Positions 51,055 through 63,836 of a stretch of DNA of 64,000 nucleotides are shown here, one piece after another. The translations under genes were made by a program, and so were the position numbers. The stretch is from Euglena gracilis. Its lineage: Eukaryota. The DNA lies in contig CP154954.1 in the NCBI GenBank assembly GCA_039621445.1, positions 41,533,572 to 41,597,571 on the forward strand, read 5' to 3'. The number at the start of each line of letters is the position of its first letter. Positions within the stretch are counted from its first letter, which is position 1. A model generated the notes under the pieces. The model was not told where the DNA came from. It saw nothing but the letters and a program-made list of their open reading frames with translations, and did no database searches.

Positions 51055-51596
51055 CTGCCCTGTTGTCAGTGAACCACGAGACTCCGGGATTTCGGGGTGC
51101 CCACAGCACCACCCACCCCAAAACCTGACCCCCCCCCCAGGGGGGTCGAATGCGCCCAACCCCCTGCCTGCCCAAAGCACCCGGCCACCCCCAGGGGGGG
51201 GAGGTGTGCACTTCCTTAAAAAGAATCCTGGTTCCCCCCGCACACACCCCACACTTGCCGTATGGTTTCAAAGCCTGAAAGCCAATCACTTTTTTGAAAA
51301 CGGTCACCCACTTCCTGCGCACCCTCTGGTCACTCCAGCAAAAATGGTTCGAAATCAATGGATTTTGGCCAAAACATTGGCATTGATTTTGGCCCCCAAA
51401 ATTTTTTCCAGCGTCTGCAGCACCAGGTGGGCCACTATCGTTTGTTCGCAGCCGACCCCCCCTGCAAGGGGAGGTCAGATCCCCCCCCCCAAAAACCAGT
51501 CAGCCACCCCTCCCCCTGGGGGTGGGGCGGACACACCTTGTGCAATGGTACAACGTTGACACAAAAGTGGCAGAGAGCAACTGGGCGGGTAGCTTA

Positions 51597-51660
51597 GACG
51601 CTTTCTGTGTCGACTGTCCAATGACAAGACGTTATATTGGTTGAACTCGTGCTGCACCAC
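51597..51660 (-). CDS. Possible additional upstream exon of the coiled-coil gene (VVQHEFNQYNVLSLDSRHRK)
   Basis: Good acceptor ttactcacag|GTG; donor position unresolved. Confidence 0.35.
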
Positions 51661-52232
51661 CTGTGAGTAACACCAATACCACCAGGCAGCAAGCAAAAGT
51701 ACAATGTGACCACCTCCCTATTTGGCCGCCCTTCGGGCCTGGACCTATTTGGCCTATTTGGCCTGGACCCCCCTTCTTGCCAATAGGGGGGGGGAGACAA
51801 TTAGAGGGGGGGGTCGCTGAGCTCTTATCCCTTTATGGGTAACAGCGAAACTTACTCCTGGGTCGAGCCCCCGCCCCCCCCCCTCCCCCCCCCAGGTCGG
51901 GGCCACCTCAGGAACCGGCGGATTATCACCATGATCCCAGCTCCGTTCCCGGAATCTTTTTTTCAGTTGCGAGCGACTGGATTTCTAGTTTCCAAATCAA
52001 CTCCGTTTGACCCCCAACCGTGGGGGGGGGATCGCACATCGGGGTCGAAAAATGCAATGCAAAAAAATGCACAAAATTGCACATACTTGGAGATTACATT
52101 GGATCCCTTGTAACAAGTATGCACACATGCACCTACTTGCAGAATCATCTTGTTCCTTTGTCAAGAACATTCAGAAATGACAGCGCGGCACAGCAAAACA
52201 GGTGAGGGCTGTTGGACAGCAGTCCGCCGCGG

Positions 52233-52445
52233 TCAGACAAAGCAGCCATCAATATCACCATTGAATGACATCATAGTGGACAGGCGACGAGTATCGTCTG
52301 GCAAAGAATGCCGGAGCTTTGTATCAATGCACCCCAACAAACTGAAGGAACACTCAACGTCGGCCGACGTCACTGGCAAAGAAACCAGAAAAGCTGCATA
52401 TTCTGCCAATTTACCCGGTTGGTTTGCCCAAAAGTTGCAACACAA
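52233..52445 (-). pseudogene. hAT-family transposase C-terminal dimerisation-domain remnant
   Basis: FW...LA..A..LVSLPVTSADVECSFS...D.KLRHSL matches the hAT P-x-[TS]-S-A-x-x-E-R-x-F-S motif; an in-frame TGA lies immediately upstream (52446-52448). Confidence 0.8.
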
Positions 52446-53044
52446 TCAAAAAATATCAAAGACAACTGGGCAGGGGATAGGGTTTGCACACTGAGTAAAC
52501 CAACAATAAACAGCCTTTGAACGGAAACTTACACTACGCTCATCAGTGTCCCAGCAAAAAAAAAAAAACGATAAGTTCTCAATTGCATCAAAAACTGACA
52601 TTTTCCAAAACAAAATATCCTGGGCCATGTGCAATTAACACATTTCAGGAAAATCGAAAATTGCTCAAAATTGCAAAAATTGCACGGTGCAAGTTTCTCC
52701 CCCCCCCCCTGCCCCCAACTCCCCGCCAGGCCCGAGTTATTCAGCCGCGAAGGGTCCAAACTGGGCAAGATTGCCCCCCCCCCCTCTTCCGACTCTGCCA
52801 TTCCGCTGGTGTCCAAAAATTGGTCAAAAAATCGATCTCGAGAAAATGTACATTATTTCCGGAAGTGTTGGTCTGACGAAATGTACCCATGGAGGCCCTC
52901 TATCACCCCCCCCCCCGTTCGCCGTTTTGGCCGCCGACACGCCTGGCCTGTGTTCCGGCGCGCTTTTGCGGCCCAAAACGGCCATTTTGGGGTGTTTTTG
53001 GGGCCGTTTTTCTGGTCAAAAAAATTTTGCTCAAAAAAATTGTT

Positions 53045-53370
53045 TTTCCAAAATACCTCCACAATGAAGCAAAATCAAAGAAAATGTCCGGAGAGCAAAA
53101 ATGAAGCCCTTGGAATGCCCTATCCAACCATGGTTTACTTTCCCCCCCAAACGCTCGCGTAGCCCGAGTTATGGCTGTTCGGCCAATTTTGGCCCTTTTC
53201 TGGGGCCGTTTTGGGCTGTTTTCGGGGTGAAAAAATCGATGTTTTCAAAATATCTCAGAAATGAAGCAAAATCAAAGGAAATGTCCGGAGACCTAATATG
53301 AGGCCCTTGGAACGCTCTATCTAACGGTATTTCCCTGAAACTTCCCGCCTAGCCCGAAGTATGGCCAATT
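53045..53370. repeat. Diverged ~198-bp-period direct repeat
   Basis: AATGAAGCAAAATCAAAG.AAATGTCCGGAGA...CCCTTGGAA occurs at ~53063 and ~53260. Confidence 0.75.
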
Positions 53371-53790
53371 TACGGCCCAAAACAGCGCGGCAGGCTTGCG
53401 ACTTAGCCGTTGTTGCGGCACCCGTGAATGGAAATGATTTTGGACCCCCCTTCGTGACTGGAGGCCCGTTGTGAGGGTATCACAGATGAAGCATACATGG
53501 CGAAGCTTTTTTTACTTCACCTGAAGCCCAAAGAAACACAGCAGTATTTGGAGGCCGGTTCAGCCTTCATGCATACATCTAGAAGGTTCCCCCAAAAGAG
53601 ACGGGTGTTCCATCTTAGCACAGAAAGCACAAAATAAAGCACGGAAAAAATCAGTTCCAATTACGGATGCCACCTGGACACCTGTGACTAGTCATGGGGG
53701 GTGTATGGGACGCGGGGGGGGACGCGCGCGGGGGGGGACGCGGGGGAGACGCCGAATGGTTTAACAACCAAATGCTGCATTCAGCTCCTA

Positions 53791-54004
53791 CCCCCCCCCT
53801 AGTCGTATGACCGGGTTCCTGCAACCTGTGACCGGGGGGGGGGGGGGTCATAACACCCCCATAACCTGCAACCTGTGACCGGGGGGTGGTCAAAATGAGG
53901 GGGCGGTCATAGGTAAGGTGGCGTCAAATTTTTCGCAACCTGCAACCTGTGACCGGGGGGTGGTCATAAATGAGGGGTGGTCATACGACTAGGGGGGGGG
54001 GGGG
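53791..54004. mobile_element. TA-flanked MITE
   Basis: TA-C(n)TAGTCGTATGACC ... GGTCATACGACTAG(n)-TA; internal CCTGCAACCTGTGACCGGGG x3. Confidence 0.8.
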
Positions 54005-54099
54005 TACCAATGTCCTTCTGTTTTCTGTTTTGTTCTGTCTTCCCTGGAAAAACTCCTTTTTAACAGTTTTTGTCAACGCAGACACCCGCAACATTCACC

Positions 54100-54545
54100 C
54101 CACTCCCCAGTTTGGTTCCACATCTTTGGGGCCACATCTTGGCCCAGATGGGGGAAATTTTGGGTCCATTTGATGCCACATCTTGGCCACAGCCGTGGGC
54201 CACATTTTGGGGCCAGTTTGCTGCCACATCTTGGGGGCAGTCTGGTGCCACAGGTGGGGGCAACGTTTGGTGCCACATCTTGGCCACAGTTGGGGGAAAC
54301 ATTTTGGGTCCAGCTTTCTGGCACATCTTGGGCACAGCTGTGGGCCACATCTTGGTCACAGATGGGGGAAACATTTTGTGCTCCACATTTGGTGCCACAG
54401 GCGGGGGCAAGACTTTGGTGGACTTTGGTGGATTTTGTGGGTCCAGTTTTCTGGCACAACTTGGGCACACCACATTTTGGGGCGAGTTTCGTGCCCCATC
54501 TTGGGGGTAGTTTTGTGCCCCATCTTGGGTCAAGTTTTGTACCAT
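54100..54545. repeat. Degenerate minisatellite built on GCCACATCTTGG
   Basis: More than a dozen variants of (g)ccacat(c/t)ttgg at roughly 12-36-bp spacing. Confidence 0.85.
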
Positions 54546-56480
54546 AGGTGGGGAGCGGGTCCTGTTCAGGGGTCCTGTTTTATATTTTTTTTTTGGCCGG
54601 GGGGTCCTGTCCAAAACGGTCCTTTCTCCCTGGGGGGGGGGGGTGGAAACGGAGCCCTGGGTAGGTGTTTTTTTTTTGGGTGACGACACATTTTAGGGGA
54701 TGTTGTTTGGCCGACGGCAAACTTGGGTGCGGACTTCCCAGAAGAAGAGGGAAGGCATCCAGGGTGGCCTGCCACACCGGAGCGACAAATTACTCTTTGC
54801 GGCAGCCGCAATCCCCTCCCCTCGTTCGTATAAAAAAAATGATCTAAATACAAACTTTTTTAATCCCTACTTAAAAAAAGAGTTTTAAAAGATAAACGAT
54901 AAAAATACTGGGCCAACCGTAGTTTCGGGCCAAAAACAGGGGGCCGAGCAGTGAAAATTTTCAGAAAAAAAAGGTTGGACAAATGTTAAAAGTTTTTATT
55001 TGTGCGACCAAAAAAGAGCCCAGTTTTTTGCATTTTGTGAAGTCTATTTCACAAACTTCAAAACAAATTTCAAAACCATTTTGCGGGATTTCGCAAAAAG
55101 AAGTTTCTGACTTTTCTGGGGGAATAATTCATCTTCATTGTCTGCACGTGGCTTATATTTTTCCCATCTGGCCCAAAATCTATGTTTTCCAAAGTTTTAG
55201 GTTGTGTGTTGTGTGTGGAGCAATTTTGAGGGGTTTACTCGAGAAAAAGGTGGAGGAATTGAGGGTAATGAGTGGATACTTTTTTGTCGGGTATTTCACA
55301 GGCCACCACTATGACGTGATGATGGGAGAGCAAGTTTGCACGAGTGTCAAACTTTCAGGAGGCTTTGCACACAAAAAAATCCAAAATTTTTGAAAAAAAT
55401 TTTTGGGGCCAAGCTAGACAAATTAAGGAACCAAGTTTGAATGGAAGGAGGAGGGGAGCCAAACTCTGGGGGGGGGGGTCTATGCATACGTTGGTACCTG
55501 AAGATGACTCCCAAGCCTTAACCTCCCCCCAAATATAAGACCCCACCCACGCCATGAGACACCCCCAACCTTGGACATCATTTGGGGATTTTCGGTCCAA
55601 CGCCAAATTTGATGCTGTTGCCCGGTGAGATTCAATTTGATTTTGGCATTCTTTTAGCCATTTGGGCCTTTTTTGGCGATTGCAGAGATCAAAGGGCAAA
55701 GCTGAAAACAATTCCTCTTCTCCGTGGTTGGTTTCCTCCTTGGAGAAACTTAATACTAAAAAGAAAACCCTCTGAACACGTTCATAAATAAGAGAGAATC
55801 TCATTCATAATTGTTTGTAGTTGTTTTGGCCATTTGATCATTCGGCGTGATTATTTGTGGTTTTGGAAAATCCTCAAAATTGTGCTGGTTCCTGATTTGA
55901 AGAAATCACCAGTACCTAACGATTAAGCATACACCTCTTTCAATTGAGTTTTTTTCTAACATCTTTCATTTTTTTTCTGACTTTTTCCCCACGCCTCATT
56001 CCAAATTTGCACTGTTTCATTACTTGCGAAGCAGACATCGTTGCACACCAAAAAAGGATGGGAGTAAGAAAAATACTGCTGTCCAAACCTTCAAAATTCA
56101 GCTACCAAGAAGGTTGGGGACCGTGGATTTGGGGGACTGATACTATTATGGGGGAGCACATGGCTGGCTGACGGCTGGCCGACGGCGTGACGGAAGCCGG
56201 GTCATTTTGTTTAACTGACTTTGGGTAACAAATGCCTAATTTGGTGTGCCAGTGGGGAATTTTGAGAGGCAAATTCCTAATTTAGTGTGCCAATTCCTAA
56301 TTTTCGCAGGGGGGTCTCGGGGAGGGGGTCACGGGGGGAATGTGGCAGTTTTGACGGGTCACATGTGACCAGTGTGACCTCACATACAATGTCATATGGG
56401 ACCTATTTTTAGAACTTTTGGTTTAGACATAGATTGAATTAGGAATTTATCACACATTTTTTTGGCAATTTTGATTCCTA

Positions 56481-56880
56481 CCCTCCCCCCCCCTATGTCC
56501 AACGACCAGTAACCTCTGTCCTCCGACCGGGGGGGTGGTGGTTGGACATAGGGTAGTGACCAAAAAGGTGTCCTCTGACCGGGGGGGTGGTCGTTGGACA
56601 AGGGGTCAAAAAAAATGTTGGTGGGCACCCCCCAAATAAGGTCAAATTTTCCCTTCCAGCGCTTCGCGCCGAAAATTTTGGGCAATTTTGACAAATTTTT
56701 GTCCAAAAAGTGCCAAAAAATGGCATTTTGGCCAATTTTTGACCGATTTGGGGCACAAAAATTTTCGGCCCGGTGCTTTGCACCGGGACCAAAATTTTTG
56801 CCAAACCTCCAAAAGGTGTCCTCTGACCGGGGGGGTGGTCGTTGGACATAGGGGGGTCGTTGGACATAGGGGGGGGGGGG
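56481..56880. mobile_element. TA-flanked MITE
   Basis: TA-C(n)TATGTCCAACGACC ... GGTCGTTGGACATAG(n)-TA; internal repeats of GTTGGACA and TGTCCTCTGACCGGGG. Confidence 0.8.
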
Positions 56881-58151
56881 TAATTTGGGTGCCAATCCCT
56901 GATTGGGTGCCATTTTTGGCTCCTCCTGGGATGCGGAAACCCTCCATGTGTGGGTCAAGGGGGGGTCGTGGGGGGGTCACGGGGGATACACCCTCCATTT
57001 CACACAAAATTTGAGCCTTTTTTGTCCATTATCAGGTAAGTTTTGCCAGTCCATTGAAAATGGGACACCCGTTGAGCAATTTTAGTTATTCGATTAATTT
57101 GTGAACAAAAATCCACACAATGACAAGAGAATGACCCAAAAATAGGCCAAAAAGGTCAAAATTGGTCAAAAAAATTCCAAAATTGGCAAAATTGACAAAA
57201 ATTGGCGAAAAATGACTTCAAATGGACAAAAATGCAGCCTCCACCAACGATGAACATGATCTTGAAGGGAGATTAACGGCGAACTTCTGAATTGGCTCGG
57301 GTCATTTTCCTGTGAGTCACACGGCTGTCCGACGGCTGGCCGACGGCTGGCCGACGGCGTGCTCCCCCTATTAGTTGGGATATATATAAAAAAGGGCCTT
57401 GTGGGGCTGTGCTCCTCCACCAAATCCACTGTTCACCGTCCACATTGACAAAAGACACCAAAAGTCATTACCTGAATGGCTACAGTTGTTACAAAAAAAA
57501 TTGTTGTGCAACAAAAAATTTTCCATTTATAGCTAACCCCTCCAAATTCTGCCCCCCCGTCCCAAAATATGGTGCCTCCTGGACCCCTCACTTTTGCCAG
57601 GGTTCCAAGAAATATTTGCCACCCGGGTAAAATTTTTTGCCACAAATCCCATCACTTTTGCCCTTGAGACCCGAAACTTTTGCCAACTGCAAAAAAAAAT
57701 TTCCGTTAATGTGAAAAGGAAACGTCCAGCAGAATCAGCATAAATTAACAGAAATACGCCAAATAAATGTGATCATCAATCCAAATAATAACAATTGAAA
57801 TTTCACAGGATGTTGCAGACAGCTCTCCAAAAGGAAATTTGTTTGATACCCTACAAAAAAAACTTCAACTGTGTTTGGGGAAAGAATGAGAGGTGCGGAT
57901 GAATGCCTAAACAGTAAAAATCAACAGCAACGTAATGGTTGTGATTCACACGAGAGAGTTTGGGGTGCAGGTTGAGGGAAACGGTGAACACAACGCACAG
58001 CGTGTTTGGCAATGAGGGGTGAAGGCACTTTTGGTCCATGTGTGAGGGTCATTCCACACAAAAATGTGTTCAAAGAGGCACAGCAAAAATATTCCGAGCC
58101 TTTGTAAAGAGAGGGACGGGTAACAAAAGAACCAATCCCACTGCCTTCCAG

Positions 58152-59097
58152 GGCCCCGAGCGGATTTCCGGTGGTGGTCGCTGTGGAGGTCGGGCCGACC
58201 ATGGTCGGCCCGACCATGGTCGGCCCGACCATGACCCCCTGTGGAGGTCGGCCCGACCTGGTCGGCCCGACCACCATTTTTTTGCACTACCCCCCCCCTT
58301 TCTGGAGATTTAAGCCCCCCCCCTGAAAAAAACTTTTGTCCAAATCACCCCAACACCAGTCAAAACCCACCCAAATGGCTCCAGAACCCCCCAATCGGGG
58401 GTGGATATGCAAAAACTTGGGGGGGATATGCCCATTTTGGGCCACTTTTGGCAAAAGAACACCTCTCCCCATTGGATTTTCAATATAATGGCAAAATTTT
58501 GCACAAAAAGGACTTAGCACTCAAGTATGCTGATGGCGTTTTCCTGTGTCCAAAGAGAATTTATGAGGTTATTTGAAGGAGTAGGGTTAGGGTTACGATT
58601 CTTATCCAAACAGCAGAACATTTCCCGCTCAACGTTGTTAGATTGGTCTCTACAAGGTACCCAGCGAACCCAAAGAGCCGCCCAACTAGGGTTAAAAACA
58701 TGGGGGGACCCGAGCGAGTCGCCGAAGGCGCCGAGCGAGGGTTCCCCCATGTGTATTAACCCTAGTTGGGCGGCTCTTTGGGGTAGCTGGTACCTTGTAG
58801 GGCCCAATTTATCACGTTTCTGAACAGCCGGCCTGTTGTCCTCTAACTTGAAATTCTTCAAGCCGGTCAATGAAGGAGTAGGAGGAGGTAGGGTTAAGTT
58901 ATGGTCGGCCCGACCTCCACGATGGCGACCACCAGAAATCCGCACGGAACCGGGGGGGGGGGGGAGTGCAAAAAAATGGGTGTCGGCCCGCCCCCCACAG
59001 GTCGGGCCGACCATGGTCGGCCCGACCTAAATTGGTCGGCCCGACCATGGTCGGCCCGACCTCCACGATGACGACCACCGGAAATCCGCACGGAGCC
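58152..59097. mobile_element. Mutator-like MITE (second copy at 61845-62781)
   Basis: GG...CC termini, long imperfect TIR with (GGTCGGCCCGACCAT)n motifs, perfect 9-bp TSD GCCTTCCAG (58143-58151, 59098-59106). Confidence 0.85.
58653..58797. mobile_element. Hairpin MITE nested in the Mutator-like element
   Basis: TA|CAAGGTACC...CCCAAAGAGCCGCCCAACTAGGGTTAA pairs with TTAACCCTAGTTGGGCGGCTCTTTGGG...GGTACCTTG|TA. Confidence 0.7.
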
Positions 59098-62000
59098 GCC
59101 TTCCAGCTGTAATTATGTTTTAAAACTGCCTTTTTGACCTATTTGTATTCACAGATATGTATTCACAGATAGATATCGTTGGAGACAAGGCAGTACGGTT
59201 GGTCAAACCTTGGGACCCCCCCTCCCCCCCCTCCTGTACAGTTCCAACCCCCCCTCCTGGGAACCCCCCTCCCCCCACTTCCAACCCCCCAAGAAAAACA
59301 AAAAACAATCAAAAATGCAACAGCATTGGTCATCTTCCCGCAAGATGCAATCTGAACTCTGAACTGCACAAAATGCTTGTACAACGAAGGCAACCTCAAT
59401 TGGACGAAAAATGTCGCAACTGTCTCGGGGGTAGGCAGTACAGTTGTGATTTTCTGGGGACCCCCCCCCCTGTACAGCTTCCAACCCCCCCGGACCCCCC
59501 CCCCCCGGGCCTTGTCTCCGATCTAATGCATCATGGATCCATGGACCGTCTGACCAGTCAGACGGTCCATGTCAAGCAATCCAAACACAAACAGAAAAAG
59601 GCTGTGGTCTGTGAGCTCATTGGGTGAAAACAGATTTGGGCACAATTGAACAACACCACACCATTCGGAAATGCATCAAATTTGAAACTTTTTCTTCTTT
59701 TTCGACACGCAAAAATGGTGTTTAAAATGTCACAATGTGCAATGTGAGTGTGTACATTCTGTGGAACATTGTGGAACATTCTGTGCAGACATTTCAACTG
59801 AAAATGGCGGGAGAATGTTTTTGGAGGTGGCAAAAATTTGGAGGACAGAGGCAAAAATTCGAGGTTTTTGGGGCAAAATAGAATGGACAGGGGGCAGCAT
59901 TTTTTGGACGGGGGGCAAAAATTTTGAAACGAGTGTGCAAAATATTTTGGGACGGGAGGCAGAAAAAAGGAGAGACCGGGCAAAATATAGTGAGTGTTAG
60001 CTATAAGGCCATTTTAGGCCATTTTAGGCCGTTTTAGGCCATTTTTAGCTATAGGTGCTTGGACGCAGGGGAGACACCCCCCATGGGTGACCATTGGCAC
60101 CCATGACCAATCATGTGTGCCCAATGCCAAAAATGGCAAGGGTGGTCTACTCAGGTTCAACCCCCCCCCCGATCCAGTGCAGATGATCGGAGGTGCGGGA
60201 CCCCCCCCTTCCCAGGAGCCATTTTTGACCCGAAAATGACCTCACCCCCAAATTCCAAAAAAAACCCTCCAAATGCTCAAAATATCAATAAATTTGATGT
60301 TTTAGAATCCAATTCTCCAAAACAATTGTCAAAAAAAGCCCAAATTCGCATTTTGAGGGCAAAACCAATCCACTGCCAAAAAGTGCCAAAGAGGCAAAAG
60401 GTAGCGCATTGGTGAAACATTTGGAAAAGCTTTGGAACGGGGGGCAACATGGACCCTCAAAAAACACGATGCAAAAAAAGGATTTCATTTTGTGTAAAAA
60501 AAGGAATTTTGTCACCAAAAAAAAATGCAAAAAGGGGGGAAAAATTGCAAAAATTCTGGTCTCGGGGGGAAATCGGGGCCCCTTCAAACCTTGGCCCAAA
60601 AACACTTGTCTCGAAATCGGCCCAAACACGGCTTCAGGGGGTGGGCCTGGGTCACGGGGGGGGGGGGGGGCACGGGGGATACACCCTCCATTTCACACAA
60701 AATTTGAGCCTTTTTTGTCCATTATCAGGTAAGTTTTGCCAGTCCATTGAAAATGGGACACCCGTTGAGCAATTTTAGTTATTCGATTAATTTGTGAACA
60801 AAAATCCACACAATGACAAGAGAATGACCCAAAAATAGGCCAAAAAGGTCAAAATTGGTCAAAAAAATTCCAAAATTGGCAAAATTGACAAAAATTGGCG
60901 AAAAATGACTTCAAATGGACAAAAATGCAGCCTCCACCAACGATGAACATGATCTTGAAGGGAGATTAACGGCGAACTTCTGAATTGGCTCGGGTCATTT
61001 TCCTGTGAGTCACACGGCTGTCCGACGGCTGGCCGACGGCTGGCCGACGGCGTGCTCCCCCTATTAGTTGGGATATATATAAAAAAGGGCCTTGTGGGGC
61101 TGTGCTCCTCCACCAAATCCACTGTTCACCGTCCACATTGACAAAAGACACCAAAAGTCATTACCTGAATGGCTACAGTTGTTAAAAAAAAAATTGTTGT
61201 GCAACAAAAAATTTTCCATTTATAGCTAACCCCTCCAAATTCTGCCCCCCCGTCCCAAAATATGGTGCCTCCTGGACCCCTCACTTTTGCCAGGGTTCCA
61301 AGAAATATTTGCCACCCGGGTAAAATTTTTTGCCACAAATCCCATCACTTTTGCCCTTGAGACCCGAAACTTTTGCCAACTGCAAAAAAAAATTTCCGTT
61401 AATGTGAAAAGGAAACGTCCAGCAGAATCAGCATAAATTAACAGAAATACGCCAAATAAATGTGATCATCAATCCAAATAATAACAATTGAAATTTCACA
61501 GGATGTTGCAGACAGCTCTCCAAAAGGAAATTTGTTTGATACCCTACAAAAAAAACTTCAACTGTGTTTGGGGAAAGAATGAGAGGTGCGGATGAATGCC
61601 TAAACAGTAAAAATCAACAGCAACGTAATGGTTGTGATTCACACGAGAGAGTTTGGGGTGCAGGTTGAGGGAAACGGTGAACACAACGCACAGCGTGTTT
61701 GGCAATGAGGGGTGAAGGCACTTTTGGTCCATGTGTGAGGGTCATTCCACACAAAAATGTGTTCAAAGAGGCACAGCAAAAATATTCCGAGCCTTTGTAA
61801 AGAGAGGGACGGGTAACAAAAGAACCAATCCCACTGCCTTCCAGGGCCCCGAGCGGATTTCCGGTGGTGGTCGCTGTGGAGGTCGGGCCGACCATGGTCG
61901 GCCCGACCATGGTCGGCCCGACCATGACCCCCTGTGGAGGTCGGCCCGACCTGGTCGGCCCGACCACCATTTTTTTGCACTACCCCCCCCCTTTCTGGAG

Positions 62001-63631
62001 ATTTAAGCCCCCCCCTGAAAAAAAACTTTTGTCCAAATCACCCCAACACCAGTCAAAACCCACCCAAATGGCTCCAGAACCCCCCAATCGGGGGTGGATA
62101 TGCAAAAACTTGGGGGGGATATGCCCATTTTGGGCCACTTTTGGCAAAAGAACACCTCTCCCCATTGGATTTTCAATATAATGGCAAAATTTTGCACAAA
62201 AAGGACTTAGCACTCAAGTATGCTGATGGCGTTTTCCTGTGTCCAAAGAGAATTTATGAGGTTATTTGAAGGAGTAGGGTTAGGGTTACGATTCTTATCC
62301 AAACAGCAGAACATTTCCCGCTCAACGTTGTTAGATTGGTCTCTACAAGGTACCCAGCGAACCCAAAGAGCCGCCCAACTAGGGTTAAAAACATGGGGGG
62401 ACCCGAGCGAGTCGCCGAAGGCGCTCCCCCATGTGTATTAACCCTAGTTGGGCGGCTCTTTGGGGTAGCTGGTACCTTGTAGGGCCCAATTTATCACGTT
62501 TCTGAACAGCCGGCCTGTTGTCCTCTAACTTGAAATTCTTCAAGCCGGTCAATGAAGGAGTAGGAGGAGGTAGGGTTAAGTTATGGTCGGCCCGACCTCC
62601 ACGATGGCGACCACCAGAAATCCGCACGGAACCGGGGGGGGGGGGGGTAGTGCAAAAAAATGGTGGTCGGCCCGACCTCCACAGGTCGGGCCGACCATGG
62701 TCGGCCCGACCTAAATTGGTCGGCCCGACCATGGTCGGCCCGACCTCCACGATGACGACCACCGGAAATCCGCACGGAGCCGCCTTCCAGCTGTAATTAT
62801 GTTTTAAAACTGCCTTTTTGACCTATTTGTATTCACAGATATGTATTCACAGATAGATATCGTTGGAGACAAGGCAGTACGGTTGGTCAAACCTTGGGAC
62901 CCCCCCCTCCCCCCCCCCCCCTGTACCGTTCCAAACCCCCCTACTGGGGAGCTCCCTCCCCCCCCCTCCAACCCCCCAAGAAAAACAAAAAACAATCAAA
63001 AATGCAACAGCATTGGTCATCTTCCCGCAAGATGCAATCTGAACTCTGAACTGCACAAAATGCTTGTACAACGAAGGCAACCTCAATTGGACGAAAAATG
63101 TCGCAACTGTCTCGGGGGTAGGCAGTACAGTTGTGATTTTCTGGGGACCCCCCCCCCCTGTACAGCTTCCAACCCCCCCGGACCCCCCCCCCGGGCCTTG
63201 TCTCCGATCTAATGCATCATGGATCCATGGACCGTCTGACCAGTCAGACGGTCCATGTCAAGCAATCCAAACACAAACAGAAAAAGGCTGTGGTCTGTGA
63301 GCTCATTGGGTGAAAACAGATTTGGGCACAATTGAACAACACCACACCATTCGGAAATGCATCAAATTTGAAACTTTTTCTTCTTTTTCGACACGCAAAA
63401 ATGGTGTTTAAAATGTCACAATGTGCAATGTGAGTGTGTACATTCTGTGGAACATTGTGGAACATTCTGTGCAGACATTTCAACTGAAAGATGGCGGGAG
63501 AATGTTTTTGGAGGTGGCAAAAATTTGGAGGACAGAGGCAAAAATTCGAGGTTTTTGGGGCAAAATAGAATGGACAGGGGGCAGCATTTTTTGGACGGGG
63601 GGCAAAAATTTTGAAACGAGTGTGCAAAATA

Positions 63632-63836
63632 CCATGCCCCCCCCATTGTGTACCCCCCCCATTGTGTACCCCCTGGGGGGGGGGGGGAGGTACATAATGG
63701 GGGGGGTAGCACCACCTTCTCCCATGTCCCGCCAAAGAAAAACTTGCCCCCCCCATTGTGTACCTCCCCCCCATTATGTACCTCCTGCCCGGTTTTGGCC
63801 TCCCGGGGGGAGGTACATAAAGGGGGGGGGGCATGG
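63632..63836. mobile_element. 205-bp TA-TSD (Tc1/mariner-type) MITE present only in duplicate copy 2
   Basis: TIR CCATGCCCCCCCC / GGGGGGGGCATGG, TA duplicated; the empty site AAAATATTTT is at 59939-59948. Confidence 0.92.

Noticed and set aside
54700..56200. Short ORFs as protein-coding genes
   Set aside because: AT-rich, with no consistent splice chain or recognisable motif.
58190..58272. Short palindromic GGTCGGCCCGACCAT repeats as CRISPR or REP elements
   Set aside because: They are contiguous subterminal motifs of a TSD-flanked element and have no spacers.
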